The notes beneath the pieces are model-generated. The model made no database searches. It was not told the DNA's origin and saw only the letters and a list, made by a program, of their open reading frames with translations. From Podarcis muralis (Eukaryota), in NCBI RefSeq assembly GCF_964188315.1, contig NC_135657.1, forward strand, positions 76,074,001-76,138,000: DNA of 64,000 bases. The letters run 5' to 3'. Positions 37,127-47,536 of this stretch are shown in pieces; positions within the stretch are counted from its first letter, which is position 1, and each line of letters opens with the position of its first letter. Both the position numbers and the translations under genes were made by a program.

Positions 37127-40100
37127 TCCTCCCCCTTTCCGTGTAACCTGTTGTACCTGTGGTTCACTCAATTGCAACCTTTGTACATAAACCTTATGTT
37201 GTTCTCTGTTAACAACCTTAGACAACAGATCAGCAGGAATTTCGTTTCCTGGCATGTAGGACACCTGAATCAGTCCTTTCTGAATACACTCTCTTGCACG
37301 ATGTAGCTTAATCTGCAAGTACTTGGTTCTTTGCTTGCAACTCTCGGAGTTCAGCAAAGCCAAACACGATCTATTGTCTTGATACACTTGTATAGGACAT
37401 TTCACAGAAACCCCGATGTCCTTAAACAGTTGCATCAACCATTCACAATCCATGAGTGAAAATGACAGAGCATTGAGTTCTGCTTCACAGGAACTTAGGC
37501 TCACTGTTGTTTGCTTCCTGCACAACCAGTCAAACAGGCAGTGGTTGTACATGTAGCATACTCCAGAAGTGCTTGTACCATCTGTGGTGTCACTTCCAAA
37601 ACTTGCATCTGCAAAGATTTCAAGACCTCCAGTCTTCTGACTGGTGAACCTCAGCCTGTAGTGCATAGTCCCTTTCAAATAGCGGGCTATGCGCTTCAGA
37701 GCTTTCCAATCCTGAACCGTAGGATTGTTGGCATGTCTGCTAAGCAGATTACAGCTTACAGCTATGTCAGGTCTTGAACATCTGGCAATGAAATTCAGCT
37801 TACCTAGAATGCATCTGTACAGCGTTGTGTCAGAAAACGCTTCAGCAGTACTGTCTACCTGGTAACCTGTCACCATCGGTGTGTCTGCTGGGTTTGCATC
37901 AACCAAATTCAACCTGGTTAATACATCAGCAATTTTCTGTGTTTGGTGTACCAGAAAATTACCTGCTTGGTCCTTCTCCACCTGCAGAGAAAGATTGTTG
38001 GATACCTCACCAAGATCCTTCATGTCAAAGTGCTCCTTCAGCTGAGCTAGGGTGCTTTGATAGAAAGCCTGATTCTTCCAAAACATCAGAAGATCATCAA
38101 CAAAACATAAACAATACAGTTTGTTTTGCCCCTCCTCCTTGACAAACACACATGGATCAGCTTTGCCCTGGTGAAAACCTAGAGAAAGCAATGTCTCAGT
38201 GAGTTTTGTGTTCCAACACCTGGCACTCTGCTTGAGACCATATAAGGATTTCCGCAGTTTACAGACCATTCCCTTCTGTATCTGCATCCCGTCAGGTGGA
38301 AGCATAAACAGCTCCTCGTTCAAAATCCCGTACAAAAAAGCTGTATTAATGTCATGATGAGAAACATGCAGTTTCTCCTCCGCAGCGATCTTGAGCATCA
38401 GCCGAATGCTCTCATATTTGACTGTGGGTGAGTAGGTCTCGTGGTAATCCTGTCCTGGTACCTGTGAAAAACCTCTGGCAACCAATCTGGCTTTGTGTCT
38501 GACAACCTTGCCATTCTGGTCTGTCTTGGCCTTGAAGACCCATTTGCTGCCAACCAGTCTCATACCTGGGACTACCGGTACCAGCTCCCAAGTTTGGTTC
38601 CTGTTCAAGGAATCAACTTCAGCCTTCATGGCATTAAGCCAAGGCTCAGCATCTTTAGAGGTTAACTCCTGAACCTCTTTGAAGCTTGAAGGTTCCCATA
38701 CCTTCTCTGAGCTACTAAGAACAGCAGTTGCAGTCTTAGCAAACTCATCAGCAAATCTCTTAGGAGGTCTGCCTTTGGTCGCCCTTTCAGACCTACGTAC
38801 TAGACGCAAGTCTTCTGGACTCATCTCCTCTTTCTTAGGAGAAAAGTGACCAATGGTGAACAGTGGTTCTTCCAGTTCATTGTCAGACGCATCAGATGGT
38901 CTGACTGAGGCCTTTGCGCTCTGGTAGTCTGCTGTGTCATCACTGTCACTGACACCAGCAGCCGCACCGCCCACTGAACTGGAATCCGAACTCTGATCAT
39001 CATCATCATCATCATCATCATCCTCATCATCCTCAGCAGCTTCCTCAGCTTTAGCTGCTTGCTTGACATCACCTTCATCCTCCTCTGGGTAACTCTGGAA
39101 AATTCCCACATTTTCCCCCCACTTAGGATTGTACTCAACACTCCTTGTGAACTTTATGGATTTAGAGTCAGTCATCCATACCCTGTATGCACCTTTTTCG
39201 TACCCCATGAACAAACCATGTGCCCCACGCTTCCCAAGCTTGTTGGTTTGTGGGGTGCGTACCCACATGTCAGAACCAAAAATTCTCATGTGTTTGGTGT
39301 TGGGTTTCTTGCCAAACATCTTCTCATAGGGGGTACAACCAATGGGTGATGACAATCTGCGATTAATGGAGTAAACCAGATTTCCTAAAGCCTCCCCCCA
39401 AAACTTATCAGGGAGATTGGCATCATGCAACAAGGTTTTCATTCCTTGCAGCAATGTCTGATTTGCTCTCTCCGCAAGCCCATTCATCCATGGCGATCTG
39501 GGGGTTGACATGTCATGCTGGATTCCCTTCTCAGTCAGGAAAGCTTCAAACTGCTGAGAAGTGAATTCCCCGCCCCGATCGGTAAAAAGACAGGAAATAC
39601 GTTTACCGTGAGCATTCTCCAACCAAGCACAGAATGCCTTAAACTTCGGAAACGCTTGCGATTTCTGTTCGAGCAAAAACACATGAATGTACCTAGAAAA
39701 AGAATCAATTAGAACCATGAAGAACCTTGCTCCTCCTAAAGAGGGCGTAAGTGGCCCAACCAGGTCTGCGTGCACTAGCTGGTAGGGCTTGGAAGCCTGC
39801 CTGCTAGACACTTTGCCTTTTGGAGCAACCTTCACCTTGTTCTCAGCACAAGATACACATTTCATGTGATATTTACAGGGTTTGATGTTCAAACCCTCAA
39901 CCACCTCTGGCATCTTGGCCAGTGCCTTCCAAGAGAGGTGACCAAATCTTCGATGCGCTTCATGAATGCAACCTGCATGAAGAACTTTGTTAGTTTGTGC
40001 AACACAACAAGAATCAGCATTAGATACAACAGCAGTGTCCTCATAAGTTATATGGAACAAACCATCCATAAACTTTGCATGCAAATAGTCCTCTTTGCCT

Positions 40101-41212
40101 TTACTGATGACACAGACGCTCCTCTTGAAGGAAATCTGAAAACCACGTCCAGTAAGCTGCGGGACGCTCAACAAATTGCTTGCAGCTCCAGGAACATACA
40201 GAACATTACTGATGGTTGTATGCAAACTTGCAAGTTTCACAGTCCCTTCTCCTGCAATTTGCAACGTCCTTCCATCAGCCAGGTGGATCTCACCTTCCTG
40301 AGGCTTGAAAGAGATAAAGAGGTGCCGATCCTTTGAGATGTGGCGGGTACAGCCCGAATCAACAACAAAGCTGCCTTTGGCTGTTGGAGCAGCCTTCACA
40401 GCAAGCAAACCCTTGTTTTCCACTTGCTTGGGCTTTTGCAGCTTGCCCCCCTGCTGCTCCTGGCCAGCAGACGTGCCTTTAGCCTTTGGTGAAGCTGTGC
40501 CAGCAGACATAGCCTTGTCTTCCACTGGCGTGGGCTTTTGCAGCTTGCCCCCCTGCTTCTGGTCAGCAGACGTGCCTTTAGCCTTTGGTGAAGCAGTGCC
40601 AGCTAACAAAGCCTTGTTTTCCACTGGCGTGGGCTCTTCACCCTCCCTTCGCTCCTGGCCATCTGCAGATGTCTGCGTCTGCGTCTGTTTACCTTTGCCT
40701 TTCCGGCCTCTGCAAAGGCGATGACCTTGGTTCTCACGAGAAACAGAGCTCTCAGCTGCTGACTCCTTGGCTCCCCCTGGAGGCTGGAATGCTGCCTGGG
40801 ATGACGTGACGGTCAGCTCCCCCTGCAGCTTGCAACCGGTGCCCTCAGCATCCCTGCATTCACTCGCATTCTGGGAAACAGCTTGGACCTCCGATGCAGT
40901 CAAACTCTGGGCTGGGACGACTGAGTTGTGAGCTTTCATCAAAGCATACCACATTCCACGTGCAGTGGTGTTGCCAGCCAGCGTCTTAATTTCCTCAAGA
41001 GATACGGATAAGACTATTACGTCAATCGCCCTCGAATTCTGGGCCTCCCATTTCTCTGTCAGAGGAACTGGGGGGGCTTGAGACACAGTATGCCACACTC
41101 CATACTGACGCAGCAAACTCTCACACCATTTTGCCCAGGTCTGATAATTGTGCCGATTTAACTTTGGGCACTCAGTGGCCTCTGAAGCTTCAAAAGCGTG
41201 GAAAAACTCCAT
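37121..41212 (-). CDS. Copia Gag-Pol polyprotein, 1363 aa, uninterrupted
   Basis: ATG at 41212. Gag N-terminus PKLNRHNYQTW; protease VVDSGCTRH (D285, 40358-40360); HRRFGH/CVSC zinc domain; integrase HADLVGP, TDRGGEF, NGLAER; RT KARLVARGFSQ, YGLKQ, FVDDLL (38093-38104); RNase H FADAS, SCEAE, YQDN, ADLLSK. Confidence 0.97.
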   Translation of the reverse strand: MEFFHAFEASEATECPKLNRHNYQTWAKWCESLLRQYGVWHTVSQAPPVPLTEKWEAQNSRAIDVIVLSVSLEEIKTLAGNTTARGMWYALMKAHNSVVPAQSLTASEVQAVSQNASECRDAEGTGCKLQGELTVTSSQAAFQPPGGAKESAAESSVSRENQGHRLCRGRKGKGKQTQTQTSADGQERREGEEPTPVENKALLAGTASPKAKGTSADQKQGGKLQKPTPVEDKAMSAGTASPKAKGTSAGQEQQGGKLQKPKQVENKGLLAVKAAPTAKGSFVVDSGCTRHISKDRHLFISFKPQEGEIHLADGRTLQIAGEGTVKLASLHTTISNVLYVPGAASNLLSVPQLTGRGFQISFKRSVCVISKGKEDYLHAKFMDGLFHITYEDTAVVSNADSCCVAQTNKVLHAGCIHEAHRRFGHLSWKALAKMPEVVEGLNIKPCKYHMKCVSCAENKVKVAPKGKVSSRQASKPYQLVHADLVGPLTPSLGGARFFMVLIDSFSRYIHVFLLEQKSQAFPKFKAFCAWLENAHGKRISCLFTDRGGEFTSQQFEAFLTEKGIQHDMSTPRSPWMNGLAERANQTLLQGMKTLLHDANLPDKFWGEALGNLVYSINRRLSSPIGCTPYEKMFGKKPNTKHMRIFGSDMWVRTPQTNKLGKRGAHGLFMGYEKGAYRVWMTDSKSIKFTRSVEYNPKWGENVGIFQSYPEEDEGDVKQAAKAEEAAEDDEDDDDDDDDDQSSDSSSVGGAAAGVSDSDDTADYQSAKASVRPSDASDNELEEPLFTIGHFSPKKEEMSPEDLRLVRRSERATKGRPPKRFADEFAKTATAVLSSSEKVWEPSSFKEVQELTSKDAEPWLNAMKAEVDSLNRNQTWELVPVVPGMRLVGSKWVFKAKTDQNGKVVRHKARLVARGFSQVPGQDYHETYSPTVKYESIRLMLKIAAEEKLHVSHHDINTAFLYGILNEELFMLPPDGMQIQKGMVCKLRKSLYGLKQSARCWNTKLTETLLSLGFHQGKADPCVFVKEEGQNKLYCLCFVDDLLMFWKNQAFYQSTLAQLKEHFDMKDLGEVSNNLSLQVEKDQAGNFLVHQTQKIADVLTRLNLVDANPADTPMVTGYQVDSTAEAFSDTTLYRCILGKLNFIARCSRPDIAVSCNLLSRHANNPTVQDWKALKRIARYLKGTMHYRLRFTSQKTGGLEIFADASFGSDTTDGTSTSGVCYMYNHCLFDWLCRKQTTVSLSSCEAELNALSFSLMDCEWLMQLFKDIGVSVKCPIQVYQDNRSCLALLNSESCKQRTKYLQIKLHRARECIQKGLIQVSYMPGNEIPADLLSKVVNREQHKVYVQRLQLSEPQVQQVTRKGGGC
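37127..37140 (-). promoter_or_regulatory. Polypurine tract
   Basis: Minus-strand GGAAAGGGGGAGGA directly abutting the 3' LTR start TGTTAG. Confidence 0.9.
40411..40635 (-). repeat. Coding tandem repeat in Gag (102- and 99-bp units, about 2.3 copies)
   Basis: Units start at 40411, 40513 and 40612 on the plus strand. Peptide unit: PTPVE(N/D)KA..AGTASPKAKGTSA.Q.QGGKLQK. Confidence 0.95.
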
Positions 41213-41435
41213 TCCAGCTTTTTACTTGAGCCGTGAGCCTTTATGCCTTCTTATCTCGGCAGCTCATTAATCACGATGCCTTTTGGCTCGGCTCCCAGGC
41301 CAATTAAGCCTTGCCGGACATCAAAGGCTCCTTGTTGAGGTAAACAGAAAAGCCTCCGCTCTCGCTGCTTTCGCTTTTCACATACCTCTCAAACGCAGTC
41401 TGTTGCAGCTTTACTCTCCTGTAGGTGCTGTGAAT

Positions 41436-41449
41436 CTGGGCCCGAAACC
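41436..41449 (-). promoter_or_regulatory. Putative primer-binding site, variant of the copia half-tRNA-iMet type
   Basis: Minus-strand GGTTTCGGGCCCAG versus canonical GGTTATGGGCCCAG (12/14), lying 4 nt inside the 5' LTR. Confidence 0.7.
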
Positions 41450-41453
41450 TTGT

Positions 41454-41838
41454 TGTTGGGAAACTGCCAGGGAGATATAGTCCATCATGGCCCCAAGCCG
41501 GCTGCCGGACTTCCATCGATCTCCCGTAGCCAGGCAGATCCAGCAGTTAGCGACACGAAGCCTTAGAAATAGATTGCCACATTCTAGGCTTGTGCACACT
41601 GTTCTTTATCAGCAGAAAACACAGCCAGAAAGCTTGCACCGAAGAAGAGCATAATTTACAGATTTTATTTAGCGTTGAACAGAACAAAGAGAAAACATGA
41701 CCGTTCTGAGTCAGTGACTCCGACCGACTGAAATCGAAAGGAAACAGCAAGCATAAACATCCTGTGACTAGGACATGCGCAGACTCTGTGACTCTCAAAG
41801 CCTGCTCTCTCTTAAGGTGGAACGGAAATATCCTAACA
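41454..41838 (-). repeat. 5' LTR of the Copia element
   Basis: 385 bp and apparently identical to 36742-37126. Confidence 0.97.
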
Positions 41839-41993
41839 GAAAATTCATCAACATTTTTCTGGGCATTTCTCAGAAATGTTTGTATGCAATTTCCCTAATA
41901 TATGCATTTCTCCCCCAATACAATGCATTTTGGAATGTTATTGTCACTAATAAATGCATTTCTATGTACATTTTAATTTAGTATATGCATTTT

Positions 41994-42255
41994 GGATGGC
42001 AGCTAACAGATTGAGGATGGCGGCTAACAGATTGAGGTTGAATCCTGACAAGACAGAAGTACTGTTCTTGGGGGACAGGAGGCAGGCAGGTGTGGAGGAT
42101 TCCTGGTCCTGAATGGGGCAACTGTGCCCCTGAAGGACCAGGTGCACAGCCTGGGACTCATTTTGGACTCGCAGCTGTCCATGGAGGCACAGGTCAAATC
42201 TGTGTCCAGGGCAGCTGTTTACCAGCTCCATCTGGTACGCAGGCTGAGACCCTAT
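41994..42255 (+). mobile_element. L2 ORF2 fragment with a 21-bp tandem duplication at its 5' junction
   Basis: Encodes MAANRLRLNPDKTEVLFLG...SQLSMEAQVKSVSRAAVYQLHLVRRLRP. GGATGGC(A/G)GCTAACAGATTGA occurs twice (41994, 42015). Confidence 0.8.
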
Positions 42256-45200
42256 TCATAAGTGCCCAGTGCTGCCTGGGAATTCTAAGAAACCAAAAAT
42301 ATTGTGTGTTTTTTAATGGGTAGTGTAATTTGTGAGTTTTGAGGCTGTGTGCTCACGTACACATGCATGTTGATGCTCAGTGCATCCGACGGCATCCAAA
42401 TGTAAGTAAAAATCACCTCCTCCACCTTGGGAACCCATATACCAAGTTGGTTGGCAATATCTCAAAAGGCATCCAGATTGGCACAGTTGCAACCCATCAC
42501 ATTAATGTGGGTGAAGTCATGTCAAACAGGGCGATGATATATTCAGAGGTGTCCACATCATCACACCTTTATGCAGTGCCAACAAGCATATCATTCCTCT
42601 CATAGTGAATTCGAGTGACTGAGCATCTTATCAGTTTAAAAGCAGAGTAGACAAATTCATGGAGACTATTTATTCAGTTAATTTATTTCATTCCTCCAGG
42701 TGGTGCAGATGGTTCACCTCCCCATCTTATCCTCATAATAACCCTGTAAAGTAAGTTAGGCTGAGAGACGAGTGAGCTCACCCAGTGAGCTTCATAGCTG
42801 CGTGGAGAATCAAACCCTGGTCTATGAGGACTATGTTCTACCTCCCATGCTAGAGCAGTAGGCCTCTGAATAAGAATTGCTGGGAGTTGCAAGTGTGGAG
42901 AGTGTTGTGACACCTGGGTGCCGCTTGTGGGCTTCCCCTTGGTATCTGGTTGGCCGCAGTGAAAACAGGTTTTTGGACTATTAGGCCTTTGGTCTGATCC
43001 AGCTCAGCTTGGAAGTGAAAATGGGACCACCTCAAAATAAATTAGCAGTTTCAGCTCAGCTTGGGATTCCACAGACATGGAAACATACATAACTCCATAA
43101 TTACATAGCAAAGTGGAGGAAGTTTAATGGTGTGCCCTAGAAGTGCTGTGACCCCCTTATATCCCCCTCCTGTGCCCTTCCCTCAAAACCCCTTAAGAGC
43201 ACTGCTCTCCTCTTAGGGGCTGGAGGTATCCTGCAATATTCTTGGAGGTCCAGCTGCTTATTCTGCTTAAACAAGAAAGAAAAAGGTAAAACGTTATATA
43301 CATTTCTTTCATGTACTTTAAAACTATTTGTAGTCCAGGTTTGGCTGCTAAAAGCAAGGTGGATTTAGCAACTGTGCTATCGCTCTGAATTAATTAGTTT
43401 ACAGGTCACATCTCAACATCTGCAACGGTGAGAATATTCACACCCACGGTGGCAACAAATAGGCCTATTAAAATTCTTTGTAAATCCCTGTTCAGCAAAA
43501 ACGGAAGGTGCGACGAAACTTTCTGTACCAAAGTTACTGGTGTGATTCTGGTAATGGGAATGTCATATTCAATTTAGGAAGCATCATAAAAGAAACAGAA
43601 CAAAAGTAGATATTGAAGATAGACATTAGAATTTCCAGATAGAGACTGCATGGGGTTGACAGTGGCCTAAGAAAAAATATATGAACCTGGACCCTGTTAT
43701 TCTCTTGTGCCTTTAAAAGCCACTTGAGCAGCAGGTGAAGCATCAAGGACCAGCATGGGGGAGCATGCTGTCAAGAGAGTCCTGGATCTCTTCCTCCCTT
43801 TCACAGTTGCAGCTGGATTGGTCCTTTGCTTCTGGCTCTGGCCAAGAGAAGGTGAGCAAGCAAGGAACATTGGCAGCGAGGAGGAGGAAGAGCAGCTGCC
43901 GCTGACTGATTACTGATTGGTTCTGTCCGGCAAGCAATCAGGTGGCAGCAATGATGAAGCAGAGGAGGAGGAGCAATGAGGGGTTTGCCCAAGGGACCCC
44001 AGAATCGTAGTTTGAAGTGTTTCATGGCATGGAGATAAATATGATCACCAGCTAATTCTTTGTCATTTAAGCTACTCTTAAATGCACAAGAGCAGGGTTC
44101 TGTAAAAAGAATTGGCAGCTTAACCTTGGGGGGGGGGGGGATAAAGGAAGTTAACTGAAAATGGAAATGTCTTTGCTTTCATGTCTTTTGCTTTCTTCTA
44201 CCCTGATTTACAGTATTTGCAGTTTTCTTTCACTGATGTTTTCTGCTGCCTGGGTTTGACTCTTGTGTGCATCCCTCCAGTTCGTTGACTAACGTCAAGG
44301 TCTCCCCACATAGTCAGTGGTGGCCATACCTACTACCGCTGCCCCCCTGGAAATGACCCCTGTCTTCACCTTACACAAGATGGTAAAGATTTATGCTGAA
44401 ATGGGTATGCAGTTCAAAGCTTGGACACTCTCTCACTCAGCTCTAAATCACGCAGTCAGTTGAAAGCTAGCTGATAGGGCCAACATGATAAGATTCTATG
44501 TCATTTCATCTCGATCCAGAGATTATGAGGCCCATGACATTTGAAATGTACCCAAGAAGGTAGACTTTTGAAAACATTGTCATGACTTCCTATCAAGGAC
44601 TGGGAATGGCAGTAGAGCACATTATTTTCATGTGGGGCTTGCAGTTTAGCAATGGTAGCACCAGCTGCATTTGCACCATCAAGCATTACTCTACTCTCTT
44701 GCCCTTAGATTTATTCTCATTTGAATGTTGATGTATGCTAAATGAATGGTTAATTGTTGATTTCTTTTAGTGTTGAGTTTTAGTGACAGTATGCTTTTTC
44801 ATTCTGTGCTGTTATTGTACCAATATTAAAGACTTTTTTAAAAATGTGAACTGCTTTGAGCACAGGTGCCATTGTGGAAAATATGGCGTATAAATAAATT
44901 GACCAGGACTATGATTATGACTAACAGCTGCATAAAATGTAGAAATTTAACAGGTGCAACTCCATGTTACCTGTCATTCGGCTGTCAGCAGTAAGAACAC
45001 AGAGAGCCCAAGAAAAATGGCATTGTTTGAAATAAAGCAGTGCTGTAGCTCCAGAGTGCTTCTCTATTACAGTCTGGCAACCTTGCCTTTCACAACATTA
45101 AATCTAATTTTTGACCACAGGTGTTTCATGGTGGGAGCTTGTCACAGTAGTTGTTGCTGTACAATCAATATTAACACGGTTTATTGTGCCTCACAAAGTG

Positions 45201-47187
45201 GAATATAGACATTATTTTGCATTTAAAAGCAGTTCTCTGTCTGCCTCTCAGCATTCTAGACAGTAGATAAAAATCCATTTTGCTAATGTTTTACTCCTGG
45301 AGACAATCTATAATGTCACATAGGCAGTGTGTTGAGATGTAACATTAAGCCGTAGCTTAGGGCTACTAGAAAGACCCTTGGGCTCATGAGCTTCCCTTCC
45401 CTTCTCCTCGAGTGCACTTGTGAGGACATCAGAAACATTTATTTCCCTTTTCAACTAACTGCAGTTTGCTGTTTTTCCCAAAGTGGGAGAATTTAGTTTG
45501 TCTAAACAAACTAAGATCAAATTATGATTTCTGATTTTGGCTTTGTTCAGATAAGTCATAGTTAAAACTAACCACAGTTCCTGGTTTGGATGAAATGATA
45601 AACTGTGGTTAGTTGAAAAAGGAAACATGCTCCCACTCACATGAACAGGATGAGAAGGAAGGGAGGAGTAGGCTTGTGCACATAATGCTACATTCAGGGG
45701 TAGCCCATTTGCCCTCCAGGTGTTGCTGAACTCCCATTTCCATCAGCCCTAGCCAACCATCATGGCCAACCATCGATGATGATGAAAACTGTAATTCAGA
45801 AGGGCACTCTGTTGACTACCCCTACTTTAAAATATGGTTTAGGGCAGAAGACACCTCATGATGTACTGGTACGTCTCTGGATGATTTGCAAGAGTTTCTA
45901 GCTCACAACTGTTTAACAACAATAACATTAAGATGACGCTTTATTCTTAAATTAAGCTGCTGAAATACAGAAAGATAATCAGGAGTGGACTCTTTGTGCG
46001 AAATGACTTTGAGCCCAGTTTTGTTCTGGTGCTGAAAACAAATTCCTAGGTCATATTCTCAATTTGGGCTCATTTTCAGGAATGAGGTTCCACCTAACTT
46101 AAACCTAATGAAATGAGAACTGAATGTTTCTCACTTTGCTGATAAACTTGGTTTGTCCATATGCATCCTCTGAAGCAAGGCATATGGCGAGGCAGAGCGA
46201 AAACAGAATGTTGTTACTAGTGAGGTCTTTGGTCTGACCCAGCAGGGCTCTTCTTCTTATATTGTTATGTTCTTAACACTGAAAATGACTGGGGAGGAAA
46301 TGTGATTTTGCTATAGTCAGGCACAGATGCAGATTAAATGCAGTGTGAAGATAGAAATAGATTCCAGTTTCCTCTCACTTCGGTGCTGCAGTATGTGAAA
46401 TGCACTGTGCTCTTGTAATCTGGACCACTGACACCTTTAAAAGTGTTATTTTTAACTGAAATGTCCCCACAGTCATTAAATACTATGGTTGTCTGTACTT
46501 AGAGCTCTAGGTGCCCACACCCCTTTGCTGCAGCCTTTTGAACATCATGAATGGCTCTTTTCGAAGAACCCTCCAGAGCAGCAATCAATACCATTCAAGG
46601 AGATGTGTTTAAAAGGGACAAAATGGATGGCATAGCCCCCTGTGAACATGGAAGCTCTCCTGTTGTGCCACTTTTGGATCCTGGACTAGTCAGTGAGGTG
46701 CCGTGGTCATCTCTGTAGAAGATAAAAATATCTCCAAACAACCCTTCAGATAGCCCACAGATGAGCCTTGCTTTCTTTCCTTCAAACAAGAGAGCTTAAT
46801 TATCTCATTCACCCATCCAATGTCATTAAATCATTTTACAGATGGCTAAATCAGATGGTTACATTCACTGCTTCCTACAGGGAATACAAAAATGGCAAAC
46901 TGCTTGGAAAACTAAGTCTTCTGAGACCTTTAGATTGTATTGTAGAAAAGGATATAAATGGAGGAAGAATCATTGAATAATACTGTATAAGGAAAGGAAG
47001 AAAGAAAGAAAGAAAGAAAATCCATCACCGATGGGTACATTCTTTAATTCTATTCTCACTGATTCTGTTGTACATGAGAAGAAATATGGGGTTGTGTCCA
47101 ACTAAATCTTATGCAGAGTACTCCCATAGAATTTAATAGAAATAAGTTACTCATGTCTATTAATTTCAATGGATCTACTCTGAATAG

Positions 47188-47536
47188 GGGATACGGGTGG
47201 TGCTGTGGGTTAAACCACAGAGCCTAGGACTTGCCAATCAGAAGGTCCACAGTTCGAATCCCCGTGACGGGGTGAGCTCCTGTTGCTCGGACCCTGCTCC
47301 TGCCAACCTAGCAGTTTGAAAGCATGTCAAAGTGCAAGTAGATAAATAGGTACCACTCCAGTGGGAAGGTTAACGACGTTTCCGCGCGCTGCTCTGGTTC
47401 GCCAGAAGCGGCTTAGTCATGCTGGCCACATGACCCGGAAGCTGTACGCCGGCTCCCTCGGCCAATAAAGCGAGATGAGCGCCGCAACCCCAGAGTCAGT
47501 CACGACTGGACCTAATGGTCAGGAGTCCTTTACCTT
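47188..47536 (+). mobile_element. Full-length Sauria SINE
   Basis: tRNA-like head GGGATACGGGTGGTGCTGTGGGTTAAACC..GTTCGAATCC, core AAGTGCAAGTAGATAAATAGGTACC, tail CCTTTACCTT. TSD TACTC(T/C)GAATAGG. Confidence 0.92.

Larger units (their letters stand above)
36742..41838 (-). mobile_element. Full-length Ty1/Copia LTR retrotransposon, 5097 bp
   Basis: Two 385-bp LTRs (TG...CA), 5-bp TSD GAAAA at 36737-36741 and 41839-41843, PBS and PPT, and a single ORF in Copia domain order PR-IN-RT-RH. Confidence 0.98.
36622..41995. repeat. Older AT-rich interspersed repeat split by the Copia insertion (36622-36741 plus 41844-41995)
   Basis: The empty site reads ...AGTCCTCGT-GAAAA-TTCATCAAC... The right part resembles another in-window copy at about 49440-49570. 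Confidence 0.55.

Noticed and set aside
37511-40809. Plus-strand ORFs antisense to Copia pol and gag
   Set aside because: Short shadows of the coding strand. None resembles env or an accessory gene, and there is no room for an extra ORF between pol and the LTR.
41283-41798. ORFs spanning the LTR and leader
   Set aside because: Mostly non-ATG starts, duplicated in both LTRs, with no domain.
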